In this document: in pieces, positions 48,801-60,278 of the stretch
How positions within the stretch are numbered: the first letter of the stretch is position 1
Layout of the letters: each line of letters opens with the position of its first letter
NCBI RefSeq assembly: GCF_964355755.1
Contig: NC_092677.1
Location: 23,113,175-23,177,174 of the forward strand
From: Antedon mediterranea
Taxonomy: Eukaryota > Animalia > Echinodermata
Direction: 5' to 3'
Length of the DNA stretch: 64,000 bases
Position numbers and translations under genes: made by a program
The notes under the pieces: model-generated
What the model was told of the DNA's origin: nothing
The model's input: only the letters and a program-made list of their open reading frames with translations
The model's database searches: none

Positions 48801-51800
48801 GTCAAAGGTCAGTGACCTTTTTGTGGCATTTGATGGCTCATAACTCCTCAACTCCTGGGTTTAAAAAGACAAATGTTGTGCCTACATCTATGTTTTAGTG
48901 GTCAAACAACAAAATAAAGTTTTTGCAAATTTCGGGTTACTTGTGCCATTGGTCAGATAGTCGGGTCAAAGGTCATTGACCTTTATTCATTAATAACTAC
49001 TGCTAGTCTAGGACCTTGGTAAGATTTGTATGCATTTAATTTAGGAGAGAATATCTCAACTGTTATAGGATAATTAGACCCCAAGGAACAACATGGGATA
49101 TGTGCCAAATTCGTTATCTGGGGCGAACATGCCCAAAATCGGGGTCAAAGGTTAGAAATGTGTGGTTCTTATATCTCGACAACCACTTGTCATACAGATT
49201 TGCTTTTGGTGTCAAATTGTTCAGAATATACATATTTATATTCAGTCTAACACAACTTTTACCCCAAAAATGACCGGAAATGCTTTTACTGACATTTGAC
49301 CAAAAAATGACCAAAAAAACACATTTTCGGGTTAAATTATTCCATAAAATGTCAATGGACACACTGTATGGTATAAAATGAAAGCATATACAATATGCTA
49401 CCCATTGCTACCCAACTTGTATTAAACATTTTTAATTAGGAATATAACTTTATGGAAAATGTGCATAATTGACTTCAGTATTTAGAATTATTATTAATTT
49501 ATCTTTATCAACTGGTACGACCTTTCCTGATGATTTGAAGTTGGGTCTAGTTACACTTATTTTAAAGACGCCTTCACATACTTGGATGGCAAATTTTCGA
49601 TCTATTTCTAATGTCGCTTTCTTATCTAAGATCCTTGAGAAATGCGTTGCTTTAGATCTCATACATTTTCTTGACGACAATAATCTGTTCGACCCTCTTC
49701 AATCAGCATATAGAAAGCGCCACAGTACAGAGTCAGCCATTCTCAAGAGGCATAATGATATTATTTTATCTCTGGATAAAGGTAATTGTCTTTTTTCTGT
49801 GTACCTCGACCTGTCGGCAGCTTCTGATACCATGGACTATTCCATTATTATTGCAAGACTCTCGTCTATTGGTATCCGTGGATCTGCTCTAAATTAGTTC
49901 ATGTCATATTTGTCTTCTAGGAAGCAGCAGGTCCAGATTGGTAATGTCAAATCCACCTCTATCGACCTGAAATGCGGTGTTCCTCAAGGATCAATACTGG
50001 GTCCAGTATTGTTTTTAGTTTACACCTCGCCAATGAGTGATATCATTAAGAGACATTGTGTCCAATATCATGTGTACGCAGATGATACATCAGCTTTAAT
50101 TCAGCAGAGTTTAATGAGGCGAAGTTGGTTATCGAAGCTTGTGTTGTTGATGTTCAGGATTGGCTAACTAAAAACATGCTCTTTTTAACCCTGGTAAAAC
50201 AGAAATCTTATTTATTCATTCAAAACACTTCAAGAAATTGGCCATTGCTAGAAACATCAATCACATCATCGTTGGAGGTTAGATATATCGGAGTTGTATT
50301 TGACTCAGCAATGATTATGTCCAGACATATCAACAACATTAGTAAATCTGATACCTACCACCTTCGTAACATAAGATCAATTCGCAAATCCTTAACCCAC
50401 TCCTCGCTTATTAAACTTGTCCATGCACTAATAACATCACGGTTAGACTACTGCAATGCCATTTTGTTTGGTCTACCAAATAAAGAACTTAATAAACTAC
50501 AACTAATTCTTTTCTTTTTTATACCAAATATTTCATTACAACGCTAGAATTATTTCACCCAAAATAAACTTACATTAATTTATACTCATTTTTGTCTAAA
50601 TTTAATAAAATATATGCATATTTTCCAAAAATAACATCACATAATTAAATACAAGTTAGGTAGCATATTGTATGTGCTTTCCTTTGATACCAAATATGTC
50701 TTTTCAAACATTTGAATTATTTAATATCATAAATAAACCAAAATAAATTATCTGGTAATGTATACCCATTTTTGTCAAAAAGCAATAAAATATGCACATT
50801 TTTCACCAAAGTAGCATCATAATTACAGATTTGTATTACAAGTTGGATAGCAATGGATAGAATATTGTATGGGCTTTTATTTGATACCAAATAGTTCTTC
50901 CAAACACTTATTTAAAATCATTTAACATTATATAAATAAGCACAACAATTACGCTACTAAATATTCATTTTTTGTATAAAAGTAATCAAATTAGGCACAT
51001 TTTCCATAAGATTAGATTCCTAATTAAAAAATGTTCAATACAAGTTGGGTAGCAATGGGTAACATATTGTATATGCTTTCATTTGATACCATACAGTGTG
51101 TCCATTGACATTTTAAATAATAATTTAACCCGAAAATGTGTTTTTTGGTCAAAGGTCAGTAAAAGCATTTCCGGTCATTTTTTTGGGTAAAAGTTGTGTT
51201 AGACCGAATATAAATATGTATATTCTGAACAATTTGACATATATAGGTATGTGAAGGCGTCTTTAAAATAAGTGTAACTAGACCCAACTTCAAATCATCA
51301 GGAAAGGTCGTACCAGTTGATAAAGATAAATTAATAATAATTCTAAATACTGAAGTCAATTATGCACATTTTCCATAAAGTTATATTCCTAATTAAAAAT
51401 GTTTAATACAAGTTGGGTAGCAATGGGTAGCATATTGTATATGCTTTCATTTTATACCATACAGTGTGTCCATTGACATTTTATGGAATAATTTAACCCG
51501 AAAATGTGTTTTTTTGGTCATTTTTTGGTCAAAGGTCAGTAAAAGCATTTCCGATCATTTTTGGGGTAAAAGTTGTGTTAGACTGAATATAAATATGTAT
51601 ATTCTGAACAATTTGACACCAAAAGCAAATCTGTATGACAAGTGGTTGTCGAGATATAAGAACCACACATTTCTAACCTTTGACCCCGATTTTGGGCATG
51701 TTTGCCCCAGATAACGAATTTGGCACATATCCCATGTTGTTCCTTGGGGTCTAATTATTCTATAACAGTTGAGATATTCTCTCCTAAATTAAATGCATAC

Positions 51801-54800
51801 AAATCTTATCAAGGTCTCAGACTAGCAGTAGTTATTAATGAATAAAGGTCAATGACCTTTGACCCGACTATCTGACCAATGGCACAAGTAACCCGAAATT
51901 TGCAAAAACTTTATTTTGTTGTTTGACCACTAAAACATAGATGTAGGCACAACATTTGTCTTTTTAAACCCAGGAGTTGAGGAGTTATGAGCCATCAAAT
52001 GCCACAAAAAGGTCACTGACCTTTGACCCTCAATATCTCACTAACGCAGCAACTAGAAGGCTGCAAAAATTTGTTGGAATTTATTCACACCTAAAGCTAC
52101 AAGAAAATACCAAAAGACCTTTTATTAGAATTTTTTCAAGGTTAAATAGGATAAATGTCACATATAGCCTGTACTAATATTTAAATGATGAAAGAGAATG
52201 TTTATTTTTTAAAGAAGTGGGGATATTTTTCCATAATTTTGGGCCATTGTACAGATTGAAGAACGTCTGAGTTTAGAATTTGATAGATCGCTTAAGAAAT
52301 TTGTCTGGGAGAATCGTGTATTAGTTGAAACAGGCAGTTGTTTTACAACTCCATGGTTGAAACCAACCATGCAGGAAACTTGCAAGGTGATTGACACACC
52401 TTACCGTGAACCCGGAAATTACTTACCGCGCGTAGAGTTAAAATTTACCGATTGAAATCAGAACATTTCTTATACAACCCTTTATAATATCTTTCTAAGA
52501 TAGAAATATGGAACAATATCGTAATAGTAGAAACTAATGTTATCAAATCTACGTTTCGCGGTACATCTGAGATAGATAAGGTAGGTATCCAAGGCGGAGA
52601 TTAGTACCGAAGTTTTTTCATTGTGCTCGCCTGTCAGAATTAACCATAATTTATATATAGATGACATTATGACGACGGCTACGAAGATGACAACGGTGGT
52701 GACGATGATGATAGATAATAGATGGTATTATAATGATAAAAATTATGACAAATGATAATAAATGATATTATAAAAATAATTAATGTTTAAGAGTGTAAGG
52801 GTACAAACAAAGAGGCGAAGCCGAGTTGATATATAACCTTTCATCATTCACCAAATGCCATTATTTGTACCACTACACGAATATAAAACATTCGTTATTT
52901 GTTTTATATAACATCTAAATAGATTCCTGTCATTTGAATCAAATAAAAGTAGGCCTACATTTAATTCACATTGATTAAAACAGTAACATTTGGTTTTTAA
53001 TAATAAATTAATCCATAATTTATATGGATTTTATAAACACACCTACTGTAGTGTTAATTTTGTCAACAAACGATCAAACAATCCTAAGCCTAGCAAGGCT
53101 AAAACGCCTAGGCCTAATACTAACAGGCCCAAGCTGAGAGGCAGCAATACCAGACAGGCAACTGGAACTCATCTGGGCTAATTATATTTTTTTCCAATGA
53201 TTCCACGTCTTTTAGAGATGTTCCTATTAATTAATCAAACTCTTATAAACGATCTAAAGCTAATTTAAATGCCTTTTTGATCTAAATTAGTACAACTCTC
53301 CAAAAATGCACTTTAATCGCGAAACCAGTCATAACATTCAATCGCGGCGAAAGTACAAAATAGGTGGCGCTGTTGTATTTCAAAAGCAATAGTATGAAAT
53401 GAAATATTTTCAAGCGTGAAAAGATTGTTTTCTTCGTACACGAAAAAAGGTACTATTAAACGATCGTTTAATAGTGCGTACTATTGCACGCCATGTGACC
53501 CACAATCGTCCAATCAAATGACAGGAATTTATTTAGGTGTTATATAAAAGATAATATGTATAAATATGCGCAAGAAAGAAACCCTCCTTATTGATTCAGA
53601 AGTAAGGCTGTTTGACAGAAAAAATCAGGTGGGATTAGATGGTACTCTATTTTTAACAATTCTGTTGCTCGGATAAAATCATGACAATTATTATTATTAC
53701 CCAGATAATCACAGTAAGATATACCTATTTTGTTTTTTCCATAACAGCTTACCAATGTATATGATAGTAGTGACATCATACTGTGCAAAGTCACTAGATT
53801 CAGTCAAGGGAGTATAATTGCCGACATTGAACTTACATTTCCTGGTAACACAGTAACTGCTAATGATTTAGAGACAGTACTTGCTGATTCCATTGAAGAC
53901 AACATGCTTCCTGGTACTGACATATCTGTGGATGCTGATGCTATTGAAGTTATCGAATGTAAGTGTGTTAATAATAATAATAATGTTTTCGATTTAATAT
54001 ATTAAATTAAATTATATATATGGCATATTGGTTTTGAACAATTAAAAGCAGTTGACTAGACTGTACTAAGTAATGTAAATTGTATATACTAGATGGTACG
54101 CTCGCTTCGCTCGCGTCCCATCTATGTCGTGCCCACAGATGGTTCTCGAATACAGAGTAAAAAAACTGGCGATTTCAAATGTACGTACCGCATGACTATA
54201 TAATACATTGTCGTTTACAGAAACGAATAAATAGACACAATGATTTATGTAATCAACTAAAATTAGCACCCTGGGAATTACCTATCACAAAATGAGTCCA
54301 AATTTTTTATTTAAACAAACCCATTGTGTGTTTGTATGTAACATTAGGGTTAAGAGATGGGGAAGAGGATGGGTAAAAAAAGGAGCAATTTCTAAATATA
54401 TTTTTTATCCACTCAGTAACAAAATATTTTGTCATGTTTTATAGACCTATAAATAATAATTATACTACTAAATACAGTAAAACATTTGCGATTTAATACT
54501 TTGATAAAACTGTCATTGTCATAGTCGATTGAAACTATTAATTAATACAAACGTTGAGAAGCAACTGTCAGTAATAAAGTTTATTTGTATATTATGTTTT
54601 TATATTAACAGAACCTCCACTCACAGTAAGAAACTTGCGATTCAAATGTTGCCCTTACGTAAATTTATATACATATATTTATTTCTCTGTTTTTTCACCG
54701 CAATGAAGAGCCTATTGGAAATAAGCTGTGTCAGCTATGGCTCATCCTATTTTATGGTTCATGATTTTAAATCACTACTTAAATCAAGTATTTTAATATT

Positions 54801-57800
54801 ATGTTTGAATTTGTGGCAAACAATACGGTAGACTGTAGTCAAACAACGAAAGTTTATAATAATACAATGCAAATGTTTTTTTTTTAGATTCATGTCCTGG
54901 CTATTGTTCCAATAGAGGAACATGCGATGATAGTGAACTGCCACCTGTGTGTACCTGTGATTCAGGCTACGAAGGTGACATGTGTGAGGATGAATCAGGT
55001 ATTGGTTGTTTTAGTGTTGATTGTTTCTATATATTATTTATCTATAATTACAGTAACATTTTAATACCGCTCATTACTTAATTCGGTCAAACATATTTTT
55101 ACTGAAATTTCAGGGCTCCAGTGGTATACGATCACATAATCTTTATTAAGAGTAGGCCTACAATATACATTTGATTAAAGATGTATTGTTCCTTGAAAAC
55201 ACAAACAAATGAAGGTCAAAATATTCTAAATTTAAATTGGCCATATCAAAGTAATATTAAAGTTATTCACCTTAAGTCGAAAATTCGAGCCAAAAACAAC
55301 AATTTTACGTAATTAACAGCTAAATTAATTTGATTACATTTCGTCTGGATAATCGTCCCGAGCGAAAGTAAACAAAGATTTCAAACCATGAGTATACACT
55401 ATGCATGATGCTAATTAGGATTGTTTATAACTCGTCACGAATGAGAAGGTGTTCTCACACAAATCGCGAGGAAGTTTTATGATTATTGCATACAGAGTAG
55501 CCAAATAAGCGCGTTGCATTATGAGATGTTTTGATAGAACCAAAAAACGTCTGTATTTCAGTTAAATGATTTTTTTTCCGACTTATTTTTGGTGAAAATT
55601 AACTATTATGATACTTCAAAATGACCCACTTTTTTTCGAAATTTAATTTTTTTTTTTATTTGACAAAGGGACAATACATCTTTAATGTATATGACCTCAT
55701 ATTGTATAATATTTATTATTATATAGACCATGCGAATTTTGCCAATTTACTTTACCCTGCAAATTGTACTATGATTATTTACTTACATGGTTAATAATTC
55801 TGATGAACAAGAAAACTTCTCCAGGCAAAATCTGCAGTATCATTATAATTATACATATGACATTGTGAAAAGCCGAGACGTATGAATTGAGACTTGTGCA
55901 TAATTTTTTATAACATTGGTCTATTAACTATATTCACTTATACCTTTTTGTAATAATAATATACATGTAAGAGAATTATTGACACTTTATTGGCCAACCT
56001 ACTGCACTGTACTGAATACAAATATCTATTTAATTTTCTGTCGACCTATTTAGTAGGCATATAAACTTTCTGTACACAACATAGTTATATTTACTTAACT
56101 TAGGTCTAAATGTTTCATTGTTACATAATATACAAATAAACTTGTTTATAAACAAAATTTTACCTTCCAGATACACAAGAGTTCATCGTGGTGATATTAA
56201 TTATAGTTGGAGGGTTTTTAATCATATTGTTACTTATTATTGTCACCTTTTTGCTCATGATGATTATCTATCGACGAACAGTCAGTCAGCGCAATCACCT
56301 AATTAAACGAGCTAATAAACACAAGCCACAATTTGGAAATCTTGAAAACAGTTTTTCAAGTTCTTCACATTCTGATATGTTAGCCCACTATCGAAGAAGT
56401 GTAATGCTTGGCACACCGACCAATGTAAGTATGCATATCATTTGAATTCGAAATATAGCAACCCATGTAGCCCTACGCATATTAATACTAAAATATATTT
56501 TTAATATTCAAAAATATCTTTTCCATAATAATAATAATAATGGTAATGATAATGATAATATTAACTGGATTTTCAGCGTGATCACTCAATCGTGACGTTA
56601 TCGAGGCGCTATTTTATGAATTCACAATCACATTTTCATTAGGCCTCTTGCTATCTATATATATAAATTATGGTTAATTCTGACATAGGCGATCACAATG
56701 GAAAAACTGGACAAATCTGCGCCCTGGATACCTACCTTATCTATCTCAGATGTACCGCGAAACGTAGATGTGATAACACCATTACGATATTCTTCCATGC
56801 TTCTATCTTAGGAAGATATTATAAAGGGTTTTGAAACAAATCTCTGATTTCATCTATAGATTTTCAACTGTGCGCGCTAGAAGTAATTTCGGGGTTCTGC
56901 GCCTTGGATACCTACCTTATCTATCTCAGATGTACCGCGAAACGTAGATGTGATAACATCATTACGATATTGTTTCATATTCCTGTCTTAGAAAGATAGT
57001 ATAAATGGTTTTTAAAACAAAATTTCTGATTTCATCTGTAGATTTTCAACTGTGCGCGCTAGAAGTAATTTCCGGGTTCACGGTGAGTCCACGAGTTCAC
57101 CTTGCATCTTTCTGTTTTCGACTAAGTTGGCCGTTGGTGGCTATAGCCATTTAATTTTTTTGTTTATTTTCGGACCGCCCATGTGAAGGTGCAGTAGCAA
57201 AATATAATTACACTGCAAATTAATAGAGATCAAATTAAATATACGCCATAAAGCATCCGAGTATATTGTGTGGAATAGTATATAAAATTACATAGGGAGA
57301 AATGATAAGACCTTTTGTTTGAAATCGAGTGAAACCCCGATAGCCGAGTTATGGAGTAAGCTGAGATACTTCTGCCCATGTTGCAAGCCGTCTAAACGTC
57401 TTCCTTCTAAAGCTTGGTTCCCACTAGAACGTAACGCAAGGACGTAAACGCAACGCAAACGGTTTAACCAATAACAAGCGAAGTTATAGACAGTTAGCAA
57501 TCACAAGCGAATAAGCCATCGCTTGTGATTGGTCAATTCACTTGCGTTGCGTTACGTCCTTGCGTTGCGTCGCTAGTGGGAACGAAACGGCCCACTCTGT
57601 CGCAGAAGTTTCAAAAGATGTTTAAAGTAAATAATGTATTAATTATACAAACTAGGATGGTATTTATTTGAAAAACGCCGAACACCTTCCCAATAAAATC
57701 ATTTTGTATTATATTTATAACACAATTATACTATTTGTAGTAGAATTCATCGGACTGTTATCTACAATTTACCAAGGATTTGTTATTCTTTTTACCACTT

Positions 57801-59915
57801 TTCATATCTATTAGAGGATTTTGATTATAAATGTTACCATATTATTAAAACTAAACGTATTCCTCGAATAAGCACATCCTACAAATGAACTCCGCCTCCC
57901 CACCTCCGCCCTACAAGGGCCCTACCAAACAATAAACACTATACTTTAAAATATTATTAATCATCTAAGACACTGTGAAACAGAGTAGGTTAAGTTTTAC
58001 ACCGCCTTACAAGGGCCCTGCCAAACAATAAACACTATACATTAAAATGTTATTAATCATCTAAGACACTATGAAACAGGGTAGGTTTAGTTTTACGAAT
58101 ATCAAGCATTTCAATAATGGTAAACCGACAGAAAACGTCCAAACCAGAACGTCCTTCTAAAACCTTTTTACCCGAGTTATTATCATTCCGAGAACCATCG
58201 TCAACTCCCAGAGGGGGAGTGAGCATAGCAAGCTCAACCTCAAGTTAACTTCATATAAACTTCAGAGTCACGTGCTCCTGCGAATGCGGAAACTCTCTCC
58301 CTCTTCGGCTTTCGTACAGTATATCTATGGCTTTTAATGTTGATTTTTTACCCTTTACACACCCTACGTGATAAATGCTTTCATTTATTCTAAATGTCGA
58401 ATAATGACGCACATAAAACTTCCAATGGACAATTTATGTAAACAACTACACCTCCTCAGAACGTTGACCCCAATGTTTTAACTTATTATGAAAGCCAATG
58501 TGAGTCCAGTTCCCTGTGTATTTTCGTGTGCAAATAATAGGAAAAGTGTAAGCATTTTATGAATATTTCTAGTTTTTGACCTCTGATCTAAATTTGTTTG
58601 TTTTGACACATTGAAAACAAAATTGTGCTGCAACGCTTAGATTAAATGAAGTAATTTTATTTGTGAGATGCATATTAATATTCGTTGGCCAACAGGTGAA
58701 TATACACCTATAATAGCTCCTCCTCCTCAAACGATAGTATAGCAAAAATCAGGATAATTAAATTTGTATGAAAATTATATATTATGTATAATTAAATTAT
58801 TCCTGTACACATTTTTGTCCTAACATAAAACTTTGAAAAGTTGGAGACTCGCTGTCCAAATCCGCAAGGTGTGAACGTGAATTTGTCTGAATTGTGTATT
58901 TATATAAAATTTATTTTTTTTTCATATAATGAATTTATGTACATATTTGACGTGAACAAATTTACAACGTCATCTTTGGCTACCTGAATTTAAAAAAAAA
59001 ATTGTTTTCGTCATAGCACACAAAATGGCCCTCAGACAGCAATAATCTTTCTCATGGGTTAGTAACTATACCATTTTCATTTTGATGACATCATCACGCA
59101 TACAAATTTGGATAACTCTGATCGCGTGAATTAAACAAGAACTGTCTTCATCCCTTTCGTCCAAATCATACACATTTAAAATACCACACTTCTACTTGTC
59201 CAATTTACTTCCAAATTTTAATATATGTCAAAATGACGAATTAAAATCTAGTTTGTGCATTGTGTTTAACTGTTTTGTGAGTTGTGTACTAACAGCCTTG
59301 TACCGAAGAGGGCTCCTAGTATAACTAATAAATAAAATGCTGTATTACTACATTCAGCTTTTAGATAAGGGGTATTTGAATAATGGATCAATGTTTGTAT
59401 CCCTTTGTATTACCATAATTATCAAAATATAAATCAATTGAAGGTTTCCTTTCAGTACACGAAATAACAGCATATGCAATAAATATTACATACCACACCA
59501 GTGAATTGATGGTTATTATTCATTTTCAACAATATTAATGTTTCATCATTACTGTTGGGTTGGTGGGATCGAATCAGCTGAATTTCGTCGACCTTATATC
59601 GTTTCTGGTAGCGAAAATATGGTAAGTTCTGGGTTGTCATGGAATTAGATATATTACTAGCCAATGATATGAAAATAGTACATTTATCTATCAGTGCATT
59701 CTGTAACGTTACTTCGAAACTAAGCCTACGTATCCTTAACTATTCATCAATATGGATTGTTATTAATAATACCGTTATTATTTTACATTTACTCTTTATA
59801 ATAATATATTAACGTAAGTAACATGATATATATATTTTATTTGTAGCATGTTTACGATAATAGACGTCGGCAAGATACAAATGATGAAAATTGGTTGGCC
59901 CCATATCACTATTGA
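34320..59915 (+). CDS. Multi-exon membrane mucin-like protein: FAM171-like segment, Cys-rich repeats, LDLa, Thr-rich VNTR, 2x(SEA+EGF), TM, cytoplasmic tail; 5' end unresolved
   Basis: Phase-compatible AG/GT exons: 34320-34427, 34902-35066, 35644-35827, 36393-36800, 37284-37649, 38061-38456, 38850-39790, 40311-40435, 40728-40938, 41979-42089, 42905-43029, 53748-53958, 54888-54998, 56171-56424, probable last exon 59847-59915. Motifs: LDLa [20 protein letters not shown]; SEA FSQGSII; EGF C..CYNRGTC..CTC..GYEGDRC. Confidence 0.8.
36839..36877. repeat. Poly-C tract (39 nt)
   Basis: Read directly; the paralogous intron at 37681 has only tgtccctc. Confidence 0.9.
39112..39783 (+). repeat. Coding 42-bp VNTR, ~16 x TT(V/A)AEPTTIKTT(D/Y)Q
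   Basis: Translated ORF 38935-39816. Confidence 0.92.
42440..42615. mobile_element. Palindromic (fold-back) interspersed element
   Basis: ~50-bp imperfect arms gagatgcggcgcactc..tgcac / gtgca..gagtgcgccgcatctc; centre lost in the paralogous intron near 55850-55910. Confidence 0.55.
43081..43299 (+). mobile_element. Helitron family-A 5' fragment
   Basis: A|TCTATATATAAATTTACGTAAGGGC; reverse complement of 47347-47566. Confidence 0.75.
43304..43412. repeat. 16-bp minisatellite CCACGAAACCTAAGA(C)
   Basis: About 5 clear units plus degenerate ones. Confidence 0.8.
43750..44400. repeat. ~153-bp tandem repeat x4
   Basis: cctagagttctg recurs at 43822, 43975, 44129 and ~44281; each unit has a gccattttggatttcaaaatggc quasi-palindrome. 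Confidence 0.9.
44530..47566 (-). mobile_element. Complete non-autonomous Helitron family A (3037 bp)
   Basis: Minus strand A|TC start and hairpin+CTAG|T end; empty site ccacttttca^tatcta present at 57794-57810; no TSD; internal duplications. Confidence 0.85.
48682..52146. repeat. ~900-bp near-identical inverted repeat (48682-49581 / 51247-52146) around a 1.67-kb spacer
   Basis: Mirror ORFs 49114-49362(-) / 51466-51714(+) and 49469(+) / 51359(-). Confidence 0.9.
49469..50506 (+). mobile_element. Degenerate L2-clade RT fragment
   Basis: [43 protein letters not shown] spread across broken frames. Confidence 0.9.
52770..53547. mobile_element. Unclassified DNA-element insertion with ttatataacatctaaat / atttaggtgttatataa inverted repeat
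   Basis: Absent from the paralogous intron at ~40545-40552; inverted motifs at ~52906 and ~53531. Confidence 0.55.
54089..54673 (-). mobile_element. Short non-autonomous Helitron family A (~585 bp)
   Basis: Both termini as in 44530-47566; the paralogous intron (41352-41390) is empty at this position. Confidence 0.85.
55179..55681. mobile_element. TTAA-flanked MITE (Kolobok-like AG...CT termini)
   Basis: ttaa|agatgtattgttcc ... gggacaatacatct|ttaa; absent in the paralogous intron near 42270. Confidence 0.8.
56654..58230 (+). mobile_element. Helitron-like family B element (3' end not identified)
   Basis: A|TCTATATATATAAATTATGG start; internal ~178-bp and ~92-bp tandem duplications; homologous copies elsewhere in the window. 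Confidence 0.6.
57411..57583. mobile_element. Harbinger-like MITE nested in family B
   Basis: taa|agcttggttcccactag..gcaacgcaa / ttgcgttgc..ctagtgggaac inverted arms; absent from the copy at ~47865. Confidence 0.7.
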
Positions 59916-60159
59916 TGAAATCTATCATTAGACAAGTAGATAAATTGGAGAGTATCGATGACAAATACATTTATATTCATCCATATACAATTTTATTATA
60001 ATTAGTAGTAGTATTAGTATTAGTATTGTTGTTGTCATCGTCATTATTATTATTATTATTTACAACAAATTACAACAACAAATTACAACATACACACTCA
60101 CCAAAGACTATAATTTATAGTCTAATTTAAACCGTTAACCAAAACCGGTCAGTCTAATT

Positions 60160-60278
60160 ACCGAAAACAACCGAAAATAACCGAAAACAACCCTAAACAA
60201 CCGAAAACAACCACAAACAACCGAAAACAACCGAAAACAAACCGAAAACAAAATAAAATAATCTAAATACCGAAAACA
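60160..60278. repeat. 10-bp minisatellite AACCGAAAAC
   Basis: About 9 units read directly. Confidence 0.85.

Larger units (their letters stand above)
47567..52661 (-). mobile_element. Helitron family-B, fragmented (52395-52661, 47567-48137, also 44490-44529)
   Basis: Segments are reverse complements of 56654-57960; minus-strand start A|TCTATATATAAATTATGG at 52661. Confidence 0.7.
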
